Positions 8,914 to 18,540 of a DNA stretch of 64,000 bases are shown here, in pieces. The stretch lies in the NCBI GenBank assembly GCA_963806645.1, contig CAWDYQ010000001.1, positions 67,583 through 131,582 on the forward strand, read 5' to 3'. The stretch is from Candidatus Bathyarchaeota archaeon (GTDB taxonomy: Archaea > Thermoproteota > Bathyarchaeia > Bathyarchaeales > Bathyarchaeaceae). Made by a program: the position numbers and the translations under genes. Position 1 is the stretch's first letter. Every line of letters begins with the position of its first letter. The notes below the pieces were generated by a model. The model did not search any database. It saw only the letters and a program-made list of their open reading frames with translations, and was not told the origin of the DNA.

Positions 8914-9895
8914 ATTAGCGGTTATTCCAGGTCCTGGAATTGGTGCTGAAGTTGTTCCTGAGGCTATTCGAGTACTAGAAAGTACGGATTTAACTTTTGA
9001 TTGCCGTTATTTTGAGGTTGGCTTTGAAGTTTGGAAAAAGACTGGATCTCCGGTACCCGGTAATGTTTTAGAAGGAATAAAAGAAACTCAGGCTTGCTTG
9101 TTTGGTGCAACTACTACTCCTGTTGGTGTTCCTGGTTACAAAAGTGCAATTATTACATTACGAACAGCTTTGGGTTTATATGCTAATGTCAGGCCAGCTA
9201 AGAGTTATCCTAATCAGAAAGGGATGAAAGGTGTTGATTTGGTAATTGTGAGAGAGAACACCGAAGGTATGTATAGCGGAATGGAGTTTGCTTTACCTGA
9301 TTCTGCCTATACGATAAGAAAAATTACACGTAAAGCGACTGAACGTATTGCCAAGTTTGCATTCGAATTAGCAATGAAACGACGAAAGAAAGTCACTGTG
9401 GTTACAAAGGCAAATGTTTTGCGGCTTACCGACGGTTTGTTTCTTGAGGTTTCACAAAAGGTTGCCAAAGATTATCCTGAAGTAGAAATGGAAGAAGCAT
9501 TTGTTGATGTTACAGCAATGAGGTTGATTCTGAAACCTGAGATATTTGATGTAATTGTAACTTCCAACCTTTTTGGTGATATACTTTCAGATGAATCTGC
9601 TGGTTTAGTTGGAGGCTTAGGTTTAGCTCCCAGTGCCAACATTGGGACGGATTATGCCTTATTTGAGCCTGTCCATGGTTCTGCACCTAGGCTTGCAGGT
9701 AAAGGGATAGCTAATCCTATGGCTGCGGTCTTAGCGTCGAAGATGATGTTAGATTACTTAGGTGAAAAAAGTTGGGCTGATCGAATTGAAAGCTCAATAA
9801 CAAAAGTTCTTAAAGAAGGAAAAGTTTTGACACCAGACCTTGGGGGCTCTTCATCCACAAATCAGGTAACAGATTCAATTATTGAATTCCTTTAA
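8891..9895 (+). CDS. Homoisocitrate / 3-isopropylmalate dehydrogenase
   Basis: 334 aa. Beta-decarboxylating dehydrogenase motifs are present: VIPGPGIGAEV, NLFGDILSDESAGLVGGLGLAPSANIG. The likely start is the ATG at 8900. Confidence 0.9.
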   Translation: MVDMTTYKLAVIPGPGIGAEVVPEAIRVLESTDLTFDCRYFEVGFEVWKKTGSPVPGNVLEGIKETQACLFGATTTPVGVPGYKSAIITLRTALGLYANVRPAKSYPNQKGMKGVDLVIVRENTEGMYSGMEFALPDSAYTIRKITRKATERIAKFAFELAMKRRKKVTVVTKANVLRLTDGLFLEVSQKVAKDYPEVEMEEAFVDVTAMRLILKPEIFDVIVTSNLFGDILSDESAGLVGGLGLAPSANIGTDYALFEPVHGSAPRLAGKGIANPMAAVLASKMMLDYLGEKSWADRIESSITKVLKEGKVLTPDLGGSSSTNQVTDSIIEFL

Positions 9896-10005
9896 ATTCA
9901 CTTCATTTTATTACACTATTGAACTCTAGATTGTAATGTCTAATTTGAAAATTTGTTATACCTTTAGTTAGTTACTGTTATATTTTTTAAAAACTGTATT
10001 AGAAC

Positions 10006-10374
10006 TTAGTGTCTTCCTTTGTGTCTCTGATTTCTTTGGCTTCTGGTTTGTTTCTGTCTCCAGTCTCGTTTTCTTTGAGTATCTATACGTTCTCTTGAGA
10101 ATTCAAAGTGTTTTGAACCATGTCGTCTATAATCATCTAATTCTCTGTAGAATTCTGAGTAATCCATCTCGTCTTTGGAAAGAGTCTCCAGAATGTTGTT
10201 CAATTCAGTTCTTATGTGTGATTCTGCTATTTTATCCCATGTCTCTGAATAAGCAATATAAGCTGCGTGAAATTTAAAATCAGACGGTTTATCGATCAAC
10301 AGTTTCGTTACTTGTTCTGTTTGAGTTTCTTCTATTTGGGCTTCTTCGTTATTAGTGTTCGTTTCTTCAGTCAT
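10006..10374 (-). CDS. Hypothetical protein with an acidic N-terminus and a strongly basic C-terminal tail
   Basis: 122-aa ORF with coherent coding composition. The tail reads RKRDWRQKQTRSQRNQRHKGRH. I recognise no family. Confidence 0.45.
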   Translation of the reverse strand: MTEETNTNNEEAQIEETQTEQVTKLLIDKPSDFKFHAAYIAYSETWDKIAESHIRTELNNILETLSKDEMDYSEFYRELDDYRRHGSKHFEFSRERIDTQRKRDWRQKQTRSQRNQRHKGRH

Positions 10375-10470
10375 AACTTTCTATACCCTGAAACTGATGG
10401 AAATATTACACACACCAACGCTATAAATATTTATCTAACTTGCCTGTTTCTCTTTTTTTATTGTTAGAAA

Positions 10471-11181
10471 CTATTTACTGTGTATTCCACCACAGAAAGT
10501 AGTTACATATTCAAATACAACCCGTGACGCATCTGACAATAATTCTTTGGATATCCCAGGAACTCCGCAAACAATTATTGTAATATTTTTTGTTTCCTCG
10601 GTTACTTTTGTGTTTTCTGCATCCCTGTAAGGGTAAACAGCTATTAACTTTTCATTGTCGGAGACTACTATTTCTCCACCTTTCAAGATCAATGGTTTTT
10701 CCATTCCGATTCCATAAAACTGCTCTTCCTCTTCTGCAAATCTCATAAGAATATCTGCATCCAGTTTATCAGTGTCAAAAGTTGCTAATGCGATTCCGCT
10801 CTTGATGGATGCTAAGTTGTAGGCATCAACAAGGGTGTTTATCCTTGGAATGGTTTTTCCTGCTAGTATTCTTCGAATCAAAGCCTCTGCAGCTGGACGT
10901 ATTTTAGTAGGATCAATTCCAATTTTCCAGAAAAAATCTCGGTATGCCCTGAACGTTTGTTGGTCCTTTACCAAGTTAATGTTATACTCGCTTCTCACCT
11001 GTTTCATAACTTCAAATTTGGTTTTTTCAAGTTCATCATCTATTTTATGAATCTTCACACCTTTAATTTGGATCATAAGAGCATTAAGGTCTGGAAAACG
11101 AGTACTGATTTCTGAATCGATTTTCAAGATCATAACTGTGTGTTCTCCATGGCTTTGAATATCCATCCATTTTTCTGTCAA
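10471..11181 (-). CDS. B3/B4 tRNA-binding-domain protein (PheRS beta-subunit-related)
   Basis: 236 aa. INTLVDAYNLASIKSGIALATFDTDKL resembles the B3_4 domain core. The assignment is from motif memory only. Confidence 0.5.
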   Translation of the reverse strand: MTEKWMDIQSHGEHTVMILKIDSEISTRFPDLNALMIQIKGVKIHKIDDELEKTKFEVMKQVRSEYNINLVKDQQTFRAYRDFFWKIGIDPTKIRPAAEALIRRILAGKTIPRINTLVDAYNLASIKSGIALATFDTDKLDADILMRFAEEEEQFYGIGMEKPLILKGGEIVVSDNEKLIAVYPYRDAENTKVTEETKNITIIVCGVPGISKELLSDASRVVFEYVTTFCGGIHSK

Positions 11182-11224
11182 ATAAAGTATTCAAAAATGT
11201 TTCTGGGTGCGTGCAAAAACTATT

Positions 11225-12355
11225 CTAGATTGATTCTGTTTTTATCGGAGTTTTTCTTCGTATTGATACCTTGAGTAAGATTAGAATTGCCAGAAGAATA
11301 ACCAATATACCTCCGATCATAAGCAACTCAACGGGTAAGATTACAAGATTAAACGTATTGCTAGCTGCTTCGCTATAATTATTATCTCCTGACCAGTTAG
11401 CTCTGATTGAATATATACCCCAGGATGGAGAATTCCACGTATGGGAATATTGTCCGTTAGTGTCGGTTAAAATTGTGGCAATTTCAGTCATTGTTGAGCC
11501 AATAGTGCTCGCATAAAGAGTGATTTTTTCACCCGCAATGGATGGCGAAAGTGAACCAGTTATCTCTACTTTGTTTTGAGACTCGTCTTGAGAAACGATG
11601 AAATTCTTGGAAAGCGACATGTAGATCGCAGAAGAATCAGGTATAGTAATACTGGACGATACCTGCCCCGGAGCTGTCTGCTCATAATTTATTAGCGTTA
11701 TTATTTTTGCTGTTGAACGTTGAAGAATCTCTGGGCATTCTCCGATGCGCCATCCTGTTTTCCACTCATTTCCTGTAGTTTCTGCAACATAGTATTTCTT
11801 TCCTTCATGACTGTAAAAATAAACCTGAGACCTGGCATCCTTTGGGCTTTCTGGAAGATGAACACCTACAAGCATGTGGTCATGTTGTTCAAGAAGGAGC
11901 AGAACAACATCAAGTCCACCCGCCTTCATTATGGATGCTGCTACTATGGATAAGAGGTCGCAATCCCCCTCGTTTTCAATCATTGTTTCTATCGGATATT
12001 TTTGGGGATCACTTTCTACATATGAAATCTGATGTACTATCATAAGCACGCCATTACTGAAGTCCTCTTCGTTGCTGTAGATTGTCCAAAGGTCGTCTGC
12101 GATTGGTTTCAGAGAGTCTGGGGTTGCGAATTTGGAGAAGTCGGAATTGTATAGATTGTGGTCTTGGTTGCTATAGTAATCGTAGAGTGATTCAGTTACT
12201 GAGACTCTTAGACGGTAGGTTGTAGAGCCACCTGGCCCGTTTTTAAGTTCGTAGCTATAAGTGTGGGTGTCAGCGAAGCAAGAGGTAGATAAAAGAATCA
12301 GTAGCGAAATGCAGAACGGTGTAATGAGCATCTTTTGGTGTTTTGATGAAAACAT
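11225..12355 (-). CDS. Secreted, C-terminally membrane-anchored transglutaminase-like protein with an Ig-like/CarboxypepD-like domain
   Basis: N-terminal signal/TM segment. Cys-His-Asp/Glu-type core: EGDCDLLSIVAASIMKAGG ... HDHMLVGVHL ... YYVAETTG. C-terminal TM helix plus a basic tail. Confidence 0.6.
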   Translation of the reverse strand: MFSSKHQKMLITPFCISLLILLSTSCFADTHTYSYELKNGPGGSTTYRLRVSVTESLYDYYSNQDHNLYNSDFSKFATPDSLKPIADDLWTIYSNEEDFSNGVLMIVHQISYVESDPQKYPIETMIENEGDCDLLSIVAASIMKAGGLDVVLLLLEQHDHMLVGVHLPESPKDARSQVYFYSHEGKKYYVAETTGNEWKTGWRIGECPEILQRSTAKIITLINYEQTAPGQVSSSITIPDSSAIYMSLSKNFIVSQDESQNKVEITGSLSPSIAGEKITLYASTIGSTMTEIATILTDTNGQYSHTWNSPSWGIYSIRANWSGDNNYSEAASNTFNLVILPVELLMIGGILVILLAILILLKVSIRRKTPIKTESI

Positions 12356-12499
12356 ACAACTAATTCCTTGTTGATCGAGTTATTTAATCATAATCAAAAT
12401 ATTAAATACGTAACGACAAAAATAAAGGCTGATTCTTTTGGTTGACAGATAAAATAGATCAGGGTTTGATATCTGAACAACCATCAATTTTTTTGTAAC

Positions 12500-12511
12500 A
12501 AACTTTTAATC
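12500..12511 (+). promoter_or_regulatory. Candidate TATA box for the SRP RNA gene
   Basis: aaacttttaatc is centred about 26 nt upstream of the first base of the GC-rich RNA at 12532. Confidence 0.4.
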
Positions 12512-12531
12512 TTTCAATAGTGTCTGTTTTT

Positions 12532-12849
12532 GGTGGCGGGTCTAGGCGGGGGGCTAGGGGTCCCCTGAACCGTAAACCCTCTATACGACGGGCTGAATGC
12601 CTTGGCGAGGCGTCAAAGATCGTCAGACATCCTCAGTCCTCTAACCGTGACTATCCGTCCCTTTAGGCTGGCGTACGTGGAGCCGCCTTCGTAGGGAGGC
12701 TGTTAACCGCGCTTACCAGGCGAACCTGGCCAGGCCCGGGAGGGAGCAACCTAAACTTGGACGTTCAGCGCTTAGGGGATCGCGGATACGAGTGCAGAGA
12801 TTGGGGAAACTGGCGAAAACTGGGCGACGAACCAAGGTGATCCGCCACT
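12532..12849 (+). ncRNA. Signal recognition particle RNA (archaeal 7S type, ~318 nt)
   Basis: A sharp GC-rich island in AT-rich DNA with no ORF. The 5' GUGGCGG pairs perfectly with the 3' CCGCCAC (closing helix). The helix-8 signature CCAGGCCCGGGAGGGAGCAAC carries a GNRA loop (GGGA) and a conserved AGCA. The length fits archaeal SRP RNA. Confidence 0.85.
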
Positions 12850-13031
12850 TCAATTTGCAATGAATTAATTGTATATTTTTGAAAACAGTCTTTACTAAAA
12901 AAATTAGAATTTACATTATCGTCTTATAATGGCGTCTCTAAATGAAATGCGCACAAAATCTTGAAAGCATACCTTAATGTAGCTCAAGGAATTTAGCAAG
13001 CATCATTATTACTTGGTTTTTTCCCTAGAAA

Positions 13032-13478
13032 TCATTTAAAGCTTTTTTTGATTTCATCTAATGAAAGAATGGGAATATTGTTCTCTCTTAGAATTTTTTC
13101 AGCCTTTTCCAAATCATTAACTCTTAATATTACAGCAAGTTTTCCATCTATTAGAACCGCAGATGAATAAGCATATTCAATGTTCAGATCTTTATCTCCT
13201 AATAATTTTGCAATCACAGAGACCTTACCTTTTTCGGTTATCAGAATAGCTATTACTTCTGTATTTTTTTTAGATTTTGCTAGAATAAAATCTGCCTCTT
13301 CTAAATCTTTTTCTGCTCTTTCAGGATCTTCGGCTATCATTCTAACTAATCCAAATTCTCCAGCGTCGGCAATTGACAAAGCGAATATTTTCATCTGGAA
13401 CTTATCAACATGTTCAATTACTTCTGATAAGGCACCTGGCCTATTATCTAAAAATACACTTACTTGTTTTATCGGCAT
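13032..13478 (-). CDS. Tandem ACT-domain (amino-acid-binding) protein
   Basis: 148 aa. Two ACT-like beta-alpha-beta-beta-alpha-beta units are visible (VSVFLDNRPGALSEV... and a second repeat). It is divergent from the liv/paaK/ior cluster. Confidence 0.7.
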   Translation of the reverse strand: MPIKQVSVFLDNRPGALSEVIEHVDKFQMKIFALSIADAGEFGLVRMIAEDPERAEKDLEEADFILAKSKKNTEVIAILITEKGKVSVIAKLLGDKDLNIEYAYSSAVLIDGKLAVILRVNDLEKAEKILRENNIPILSLDEIKKSFK

Positions 13479-13549
13479 GTTCTCTCCCTAATCTCAAGAA
13501 GTTGCAAACAATATTTATATTTTCACACAGCTAACATTTCATACTTCAC

Positions 13550-14302
13550 TTGGAGACTAACGATTTGCTCAACTGTATTGATGTTTCAAAAAAGTTTGGC
13601 GGACTTCAGGCACTTAAGACTGTAAATTTCACCGTAAATAAAAATGAGATTACTGGACTTGTTGGACCTAACGGCTCAGGCAAATCAACACTTCTAAATG
13701 TAATTAGTGGAATATACAAACCAGATTCGGGACAAGTTGAATTTTTAAATGAAGATATCTCAAAACTTCCATCACATCAAATATGCGCTAGAGGAATAAC
13801 AAAAACGGCGCAAACAGTCCAATCATTTCCTGATATGACGGCTCTTGACAATGTTTATCTTGGCGCACTTTTCGGAAGAAAAACTGAAGACGAACACGAC
13901 TTACTAACCAAAGCAAAAGAGCTTCTGGCCTTTGTTAGCCTTGATAATAATAAGTTCAAAGTCCCAGCCAAAAATTTGAATGTAATAGAATTGAGGCGGG
14001 TCCAGCTTGCAAGAGCTTTAGCTACATCACCTAAACTGCTTTTGTTGGATGAGCTTCTTACTGGGTTAACTCCAAGAGAGAGTGATGAAGCAATAGCTTT
14101 GATTAAACGTATCAATAAACAGGGAGTAACTCTGCTTATAGTAGAACATGTAATGAAGGTAATAATGGGACTTTGTGACCGGGTGACCGTTCTTCATCAT
14201 GGGGAGAAAATTTGTGAGGGAAACCCAAAAGAAGTGTGCAATGACGAGAACGTCATAAAAGTATACTTGGGCAAAAAATTCTCTTTTGATGAGGAGTTAT
14301 AA
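13550..14302 (+). CDS. livG: Branched-chain amino-acid ABC transporter ATP-binding protein
   Basis: Walker A GPNGSGKST, a signature/Walker B region LLLLDE, and the LivG-type C-terminus. TTG start. Confidence 0.9.
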   Translation: METNDLLNCIDVSKKFGGLQALKTVNFTVNKNEITGLVGPNGSGKSTLLNVISGIYKPDSGQVEFLNEDISKLPSHQICARGITKTAQTVQSFPDMTALDNVYLGALFGRKTEDEHDLLTKAKELLAFVSLDNNKFKVPAKNLNVIELRRVQLARALATSPKLLLLDELLTGLTPRESDEAIALIKRINKQGVTLLIVEHVMKVIMGLCDRVTVLHHGEKICEGNPKEVCNDENVIKVYLGKKFSFDEEL

Positions 14303-15006
14303 TGCTAGAAGCCAGTAATGTTTCCGCCGGATATGGAATGGTCCAGATTCTGTGGGATGTTTCTTTCAAGATTAAAGAAAAAGAGATAGTTAGCATAATT
14401 GGTCCTAACGGCGCAGGTAAAACAACTCTAGTAAAAACAATAATGGGTTTGTTACCCGCAACAACTGGAACTATCCAGTTTAAAGGAGAAAACATCCAAA
14501 ATCTGCCACCTTATGAGATTGTTAAGAAAAAAATAAGTTTGATTCCTGAAGGAAGAGACATTTTTCCAAAAATGAGTGTTGAAGAGAACATTCTCTTAGG
14601 TGCTTACACAATAAAAGATAAACAACGAGTTCAGGACTCAAAGGAACGTATTTTCCAAATTTTTCCTGTCCTAAGAAAAAAACAGAAAGCTTTAGCTCAG
14701 ACCCTAAGTGGAGGAGAACAACAGATGCTGGTCATAGGTAGAAGTCTGATGTCAAATCCTGAACTCTTAATACTTGATGAGCCCTCACTGGGTTTAGCTC
14801 CTATAATCGTAGCCAAAGTATTGGATACATTACGACAAATAAATGACGAGGGAGTTGCTGTTCTTCTGGTTGAGCAAAACATACGTGACTCATTAAACAT
14901 CGCCAATAGAGCCTACGTTTTAGAAGAAGGCAAGATTATTATAGATGGCAAAGGGAGAGAACTGCTATCAAATGACCATATAAAAGAAGTATATTTGGGC
15001 ATTTAA
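14302..15006 (+). CDS. livF: Branched-chain amino-acid ABC transporter ATP-binding protein
   Basis: Walker A GPNGAGKTT, signature LSGGEQQML, Walker B LLILDEPS. Its start overlaps the livG stop. Confidence 0.9.
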   Translation: MLEASNVSAGYGMVQILWDVSFKIKEKEIVSIIGPNGAGKTTLVKTIMGLLPATTGTIQFKGENIQNLPPYEIVKKKISLIPEGRDIFPKMSVEENILLGAYTIKDKQRVQDSKERIFQIFPVLRKKQKALAQTLSGGEQQMLVIGRSLMSNPELLILDEPSLGLAPIIVAKVLDTLRQINDEGVAVLLVEQNIRDSLNIANRAYVLEEGKIIIDGKGRELLSNDHIKEVYLGI

Positions 15007-15020
15007 TTGGAGATTTCGTT

Positions 15021-16337
15021 ATGGCAGATCTGTACTGGAATAAAAAAATCGAAACCGCCACCAGAGACGAACTAAAAAAGCATCAATTTAAGTTACTCAA
15101 ATCGCAAGTAAAATATTGTTATGAAAATTCGAGGTTTTACCGCAACAAATTCAAAATTTCAGGCATAACACCCGATGACATAAAGACGTTAGATGATGCT
15201 GCAAAAATTCCTTTCACTTCAAAAAATGATCTGCGCGATAATTATCCATTTGGAATGATCACGGTTCATCTTGATGACATTGTTGAAATACATGCATCCA
15301 GTGGAACAACAGGAAATCCAGTTGTTGGAGCATACACTACAAACGACATGGATATTTGGGCAGAACTGATGGCAAGATCACTCTATGTTACGGGCGTAAG
15401 AAAAGAGGACGTAATGCATAACGCCTATGGCTATGGCTTATTTACAGGCGGCCTCGGGTTTCATTATGGTGCACAAAAAATTGGAACAACAATACTTCCT
15501 ATCAGCGGGGGAATGACAGAACGTCAAATAAAACTCATGAAAGATTTCGGTTCTACAGTGTTATGTTGCACTCCAAGTTATGCAATCTACCTTGCAGAAA
15601 CAATGGCACAATCAGGAATCAACCCTGAAAAAGACCTTAAACTTAAATTGGGCCTGTTTGGTGCAGAGCCTTGGTCTGAACGAATAAGAGAAAGAATTGA
15701 AAAAGAACTTAAAATTGAAGCTTTTGATATTTATGGATTGACAGAATTGTGTGGTCCAGGAGTATCCGTGGAGTGTAATGAACATAACGGATTACACATT
15801 TGGGAGGATCACTTCCTTATCGAAACTATAGACCCGGAAACAGGTAAAGTATTACCCGCAGGAGAAGAGGGGGAACTGGTTTTTACTACACTCACAAAAA
15901 CTGGTTTACCAATTCTTCGATTCAGAACCAGAGACATTTCAGTTATCGAAACTGGAAAATGTGATTGTGGACGAACCCATTCTAGAATGATGCGAATAAG
16001 AGGAAGATCAGACGACATGATGATCATACGGGGTGTCAACGTTTTTCCTTCACAGATCGAGTATGCCATAATGGGGCTTCCGGAGTTAGCTGCCCACTAT
16101 CAAATTGTTCTTGAAAGACCCGAAGCTTTGGATGTTTTCACCATAAAAGCAGAACTTACAGAAAAAAGCGTAAAGAGCAGCAAAAAAGAAATAGAAGCAT
16201 TGAAGCGAAAAATAAAACAAAAAGTAAATAACATTACAGGTCTTTCGCCAGTCATCGAACTAGTTAAACCCGGAGAACTTCCTAGGACCGCAGGAAAAGC
16301 AAAACGCGTTTTAGATATGCGTTCAGGAAAAATTTGA
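15021..16337 (+). CDS. paaK: Phenylacetate-CoA ligase family (adenylate-forming)
   Basis: 438 aa. The AMP-binding core SSGTTGNPV, the YGLTE motif and the PaaK-type C-terminal domain (RIRGRSDDMMIIRGVNVFPSQIE) are present. Confidence 0.9.
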   Translation: MADLYWNKKIETATRDELKKHQFKLLKSQVKYCYENSRFYRNKFKISGITPDDIKTLDDAAKIPFTSKNDLRDNYPFGMITVHLDDIVEIHASSGTTGNPVVGAYTTNDMDIWAELMARSLYVTGVRKEDVMHNAYGYGLFTGGLGFHYGAQKIGTTILPISGGMTERQIKLMKDFGSTVLCCTPSYAIYLAETMAQSGINPEKDLKLKLGLFGAEPWSERIRERIEKELKIEAFDIYGLTELCGPGVSVECNEHNGLHIWEDHFLIETIDPETGKVLPAGEEGELVFTTLTKTGLPILRFRTRDISVIETGKCDCGRTHSRMMRIRGRSDDMMIIRGVNVFPSQIEYAIMGLPELAAHYQIVLERPEALDVFTIKAELTEKSVKSSKKEIEALKRKIKQKVNNITGLSPVIELVKPGELPRTAGKAKRVLDMRSGKI

Positions 16338-16350
16338 AGGCTTAATCGGA

Positions 16351-18540
16351 ATGATCGCCAAGATAGCTGTGGACAAACCAGGCAGTTACCTTTTGCTAAA
16401 TGGCGACGAAGCAGTTGCAAGAGGTGCTGTAGAAGCGGGAGTAAAAGTGGCAACCGCCTATCCTGGAACGCCATCAACTGAAATTCTTGAAACTATAGCT
16501 GGTGCAGCTAAAAACTTTGGAATATATGCTGAATGGAGTATAAACGAAATCGTTGCCTTAGAAGTAGCCGCAGGTGCATCAATGGCGGGTGTAAGATCCA
16601 TTGTTTCTATGAAGCATGTTGGATTAAATGTTGCTTCAGACGCTGCCATGACTCTAGCATACACTGGTGTTAAAGGAGGTTTGGTTCTTGCTGTATGCGA
16701 TGATCCGCAAATGCACAGTAGCCAAAATGAGCAGGATACCAGATATTTTTCGGTTCATTCTGATATTCCACTTTTTGATGCCGGTAATCCTCAAGAAGCC
16801 TTAGACATGACCAGAGAAGCATTCAGAATAAGTGAAAAACTGCAACTGCCAGTGATTGTTCGTTTAACTACTCGAGTAGCGCATGGAAAAGGGCGCGTAA
16901 AGATTAGTAGGATTTTAAAAGGTTCTCGAAAAGCAGAGTTTGATAAGGACGCCTCAAGATGGGTAATGGTACCTTCCAATGCGCTTAAAAGACATAGTGT
17001 TCTTAAAGAAAAAATCCAAGAAGCAGCCGAACTTGTGAATTCATCAGATTTTAATATAATTGAGAACAATGAAAAAGAAATTGGTATTGTAGGTAGCGGC
17101 ATAGGCTACTATTATGCAAGGTCAGTGTTGGATGCAAAACAGTTTTCGTGGCTAAAGTTGGGTTTTGTGTATCCGTTCCCTAAAGAAGTTTTTACGACTT
17201 TTGCATCTAAAGTCAAAAAGATAATTGTAATTGAAGAATTACGGCCATACATTGAAGATTGTATTAAATGTTTACATCCTGAAATTCTGGGAAAAAACAA
17301 CACTGCGTTGGATGAAATTGGCGAGTTTACTCCAGACATTCTAAGAGATTTCTTTGCAAGTTTGGGATTATGTGAGAATGCTGAACCTAGGACCGCGTTA
17401 GATTTGCCGTTGCGTCCTCCAGTGCTTTGTCCAAGTTGTCCTCATCGAGCCTTCTATTATGCTTTGAATACAGTTAATCAGTTTGTTTCTTGCAACCCCA
17501 AAAAGTGTAACGGTTGTGTTGTATGCGAGTATGCATGCTCGATGGAGAAGGAAGAAACCTTCAATCCCGCTAAATCCAGAATAAGAGCTGTAAGACTTGA
17601 CACGATTTCTAATATTGCGATGACTTGTAGGACATGTAATGACGCACCATGTGTTGCAGCTTGTCCAAACGATGCATTAACACAGTCAACTGAGGATAAA
17701 ACAATATTAGTTGATGAAAGAAAATGCAAGGGATGCGGTTGGTGCATTCAAGCATGCGAATATGGTGCAATAACTCTGCATCCTGGGTCGAAAAAAGCTG
17801 TAGTTTGCGACATGTGTAATGGCAAGCCTGTTTGTGTTGAATGGTGTCCAGAAAGTGCACTGAGCCTCAAAGGTAAAACCACAGACAAAATAGTCACAGG
17901 TGACATTGGATGTTATACTCTTGGATTCATGCCACCAGTAAATACAGTTCAAACTTGTCTTTGTATGGGCGGAGGAATTTCGCAGGCTGCAGGAATGGTT
18001 CACGCTGGAGCTAAGGACAAAGCTTTTGCGGTAATAGGTGATTCAACATTCTTTCACGGTGGAATGCCTGGACTACTGAACATTGCATACAATAAATCGA
18101 ATGTTTGTGTAGTAATATTGGATAACAGTACTGTAGCGATGACTGGGCATCAGCCGACACCCGGATCGGGAAAGAATGCTTTAGGTGAACAAACAAAAGT
18201 TATTGAATTGGCGGATGTTGCTCGAAGTCTTGGAATCGAGAAAGTGGAAGTTGTTGACCCTTATAATGTTGAAGAAACACGGAAAGCGATAAGAGACGTT
18301 ATAGATTATCGTGGTCCATCAGTTATAATATCTCGTAGACCTTGTCCTCTGCTTGTTAAAAAGGGGCCAAGGCGGGAAGTTTTAGAAGAATGCAACGCGT
18401 GTGGTGTTTGCGTTGAACAGTTTGGTTGTCCAGCGATTTCATTAACTTCTGAACGTGCTGAGATTGATCCGACCCTATGTTATGGTTGCGGGGTATGCGA
18501 GGAGATTTGTCCTTTTGATGTTATAAGGAGCAAAAAATAG
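16351..18540 (+). CDS. iorA: Indolepyruvate:ferredoxin oxidoreductase alpha subunit with an extra internal four-cluster ferredoxin module
   Basis: 729 aa. It has a TPP/pyrimidine-binding N-terminus, the CPSCPHR and GDIGCYTLG motifs, and the usual C-terminal 2x[4Fe-4S] (CNACGVCVEQFGCP, CYGCGVCEEICP). About 130 inserted residues at 17491-17880 carry four more Cys clusters. Confidence 0.9.
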   Translation: MIAKIAVDKPGSYLLLNGDEAVARGAVEAGVKVATAYPGTPSTEILETIAGAAKNFGIYAEWSINEIVALEVAAGASMAGVRSIVSMKHVGLNVASDAAMTLAYTGVKGGLVLAVCDDPQMHSSQNEQDTRYFSVHSDIPLFDAGNPQEALDMTREAFRISEKLQLPVIVRLTTRVAHGKGRVKISRILKGSRKAEFDKDASRWVMVPSNALKRHSVLKEKIQEAAELVNSSDFNIIENNEKEIGIVGSGIGYYYARSVLDAKQFSWLKLGFVYPFPKEVFTTFASKVKKIIVIEELRPYIEDCIKCLHPEILGKNNTALDEIGEFTPDILRDFFASLGLCENAEPRTALDLPLRPPVLCPSCPHRAFYYALNTVNQFVSCNPKKCNGCVVCEYACSMEKEETFNPAKSRIRAVRLDTISNIAMTCRTCNDAPCVAACPNDALTQSTEDKTILVDERKCKGCGWCIQACEYGAITLHPGSKKAVVCDMCNGKPVCVEWCPESALSLKGKTTDKIVTGDIGCYTLGFMPPVNTVQTCLCMGGGISQAAGMVHAGAKDKAFAVIGDSTFFHGGMPGLLNIAYNKSNVCVVILDNSTVAMTGHQPTPGSGKNALGEQTKVIELADVARSLGIEKVEVVDPYNVEETRKAIRDVIDYRGPSVIISRRPCPLLVKKGPRREVLEECNACGVCVEQFGCPAISLTSERAEIDPTLCYGCGVCEEICPFDVIRSKK

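Noticed and set aside
12532-12849. Alternative identity of the GC-rich RNA as RNase P RNA or a group of tRNAs
   Set aside because: The helix-8 SRP signature (CCAGGCCCGGGAGGGAGCAAC), the 5'/3' closing helix and the ~318-nt length fit 7S SRP RNA. I saw no cloverleaf-sized units or RNase P CR-I/CR-V motifs.
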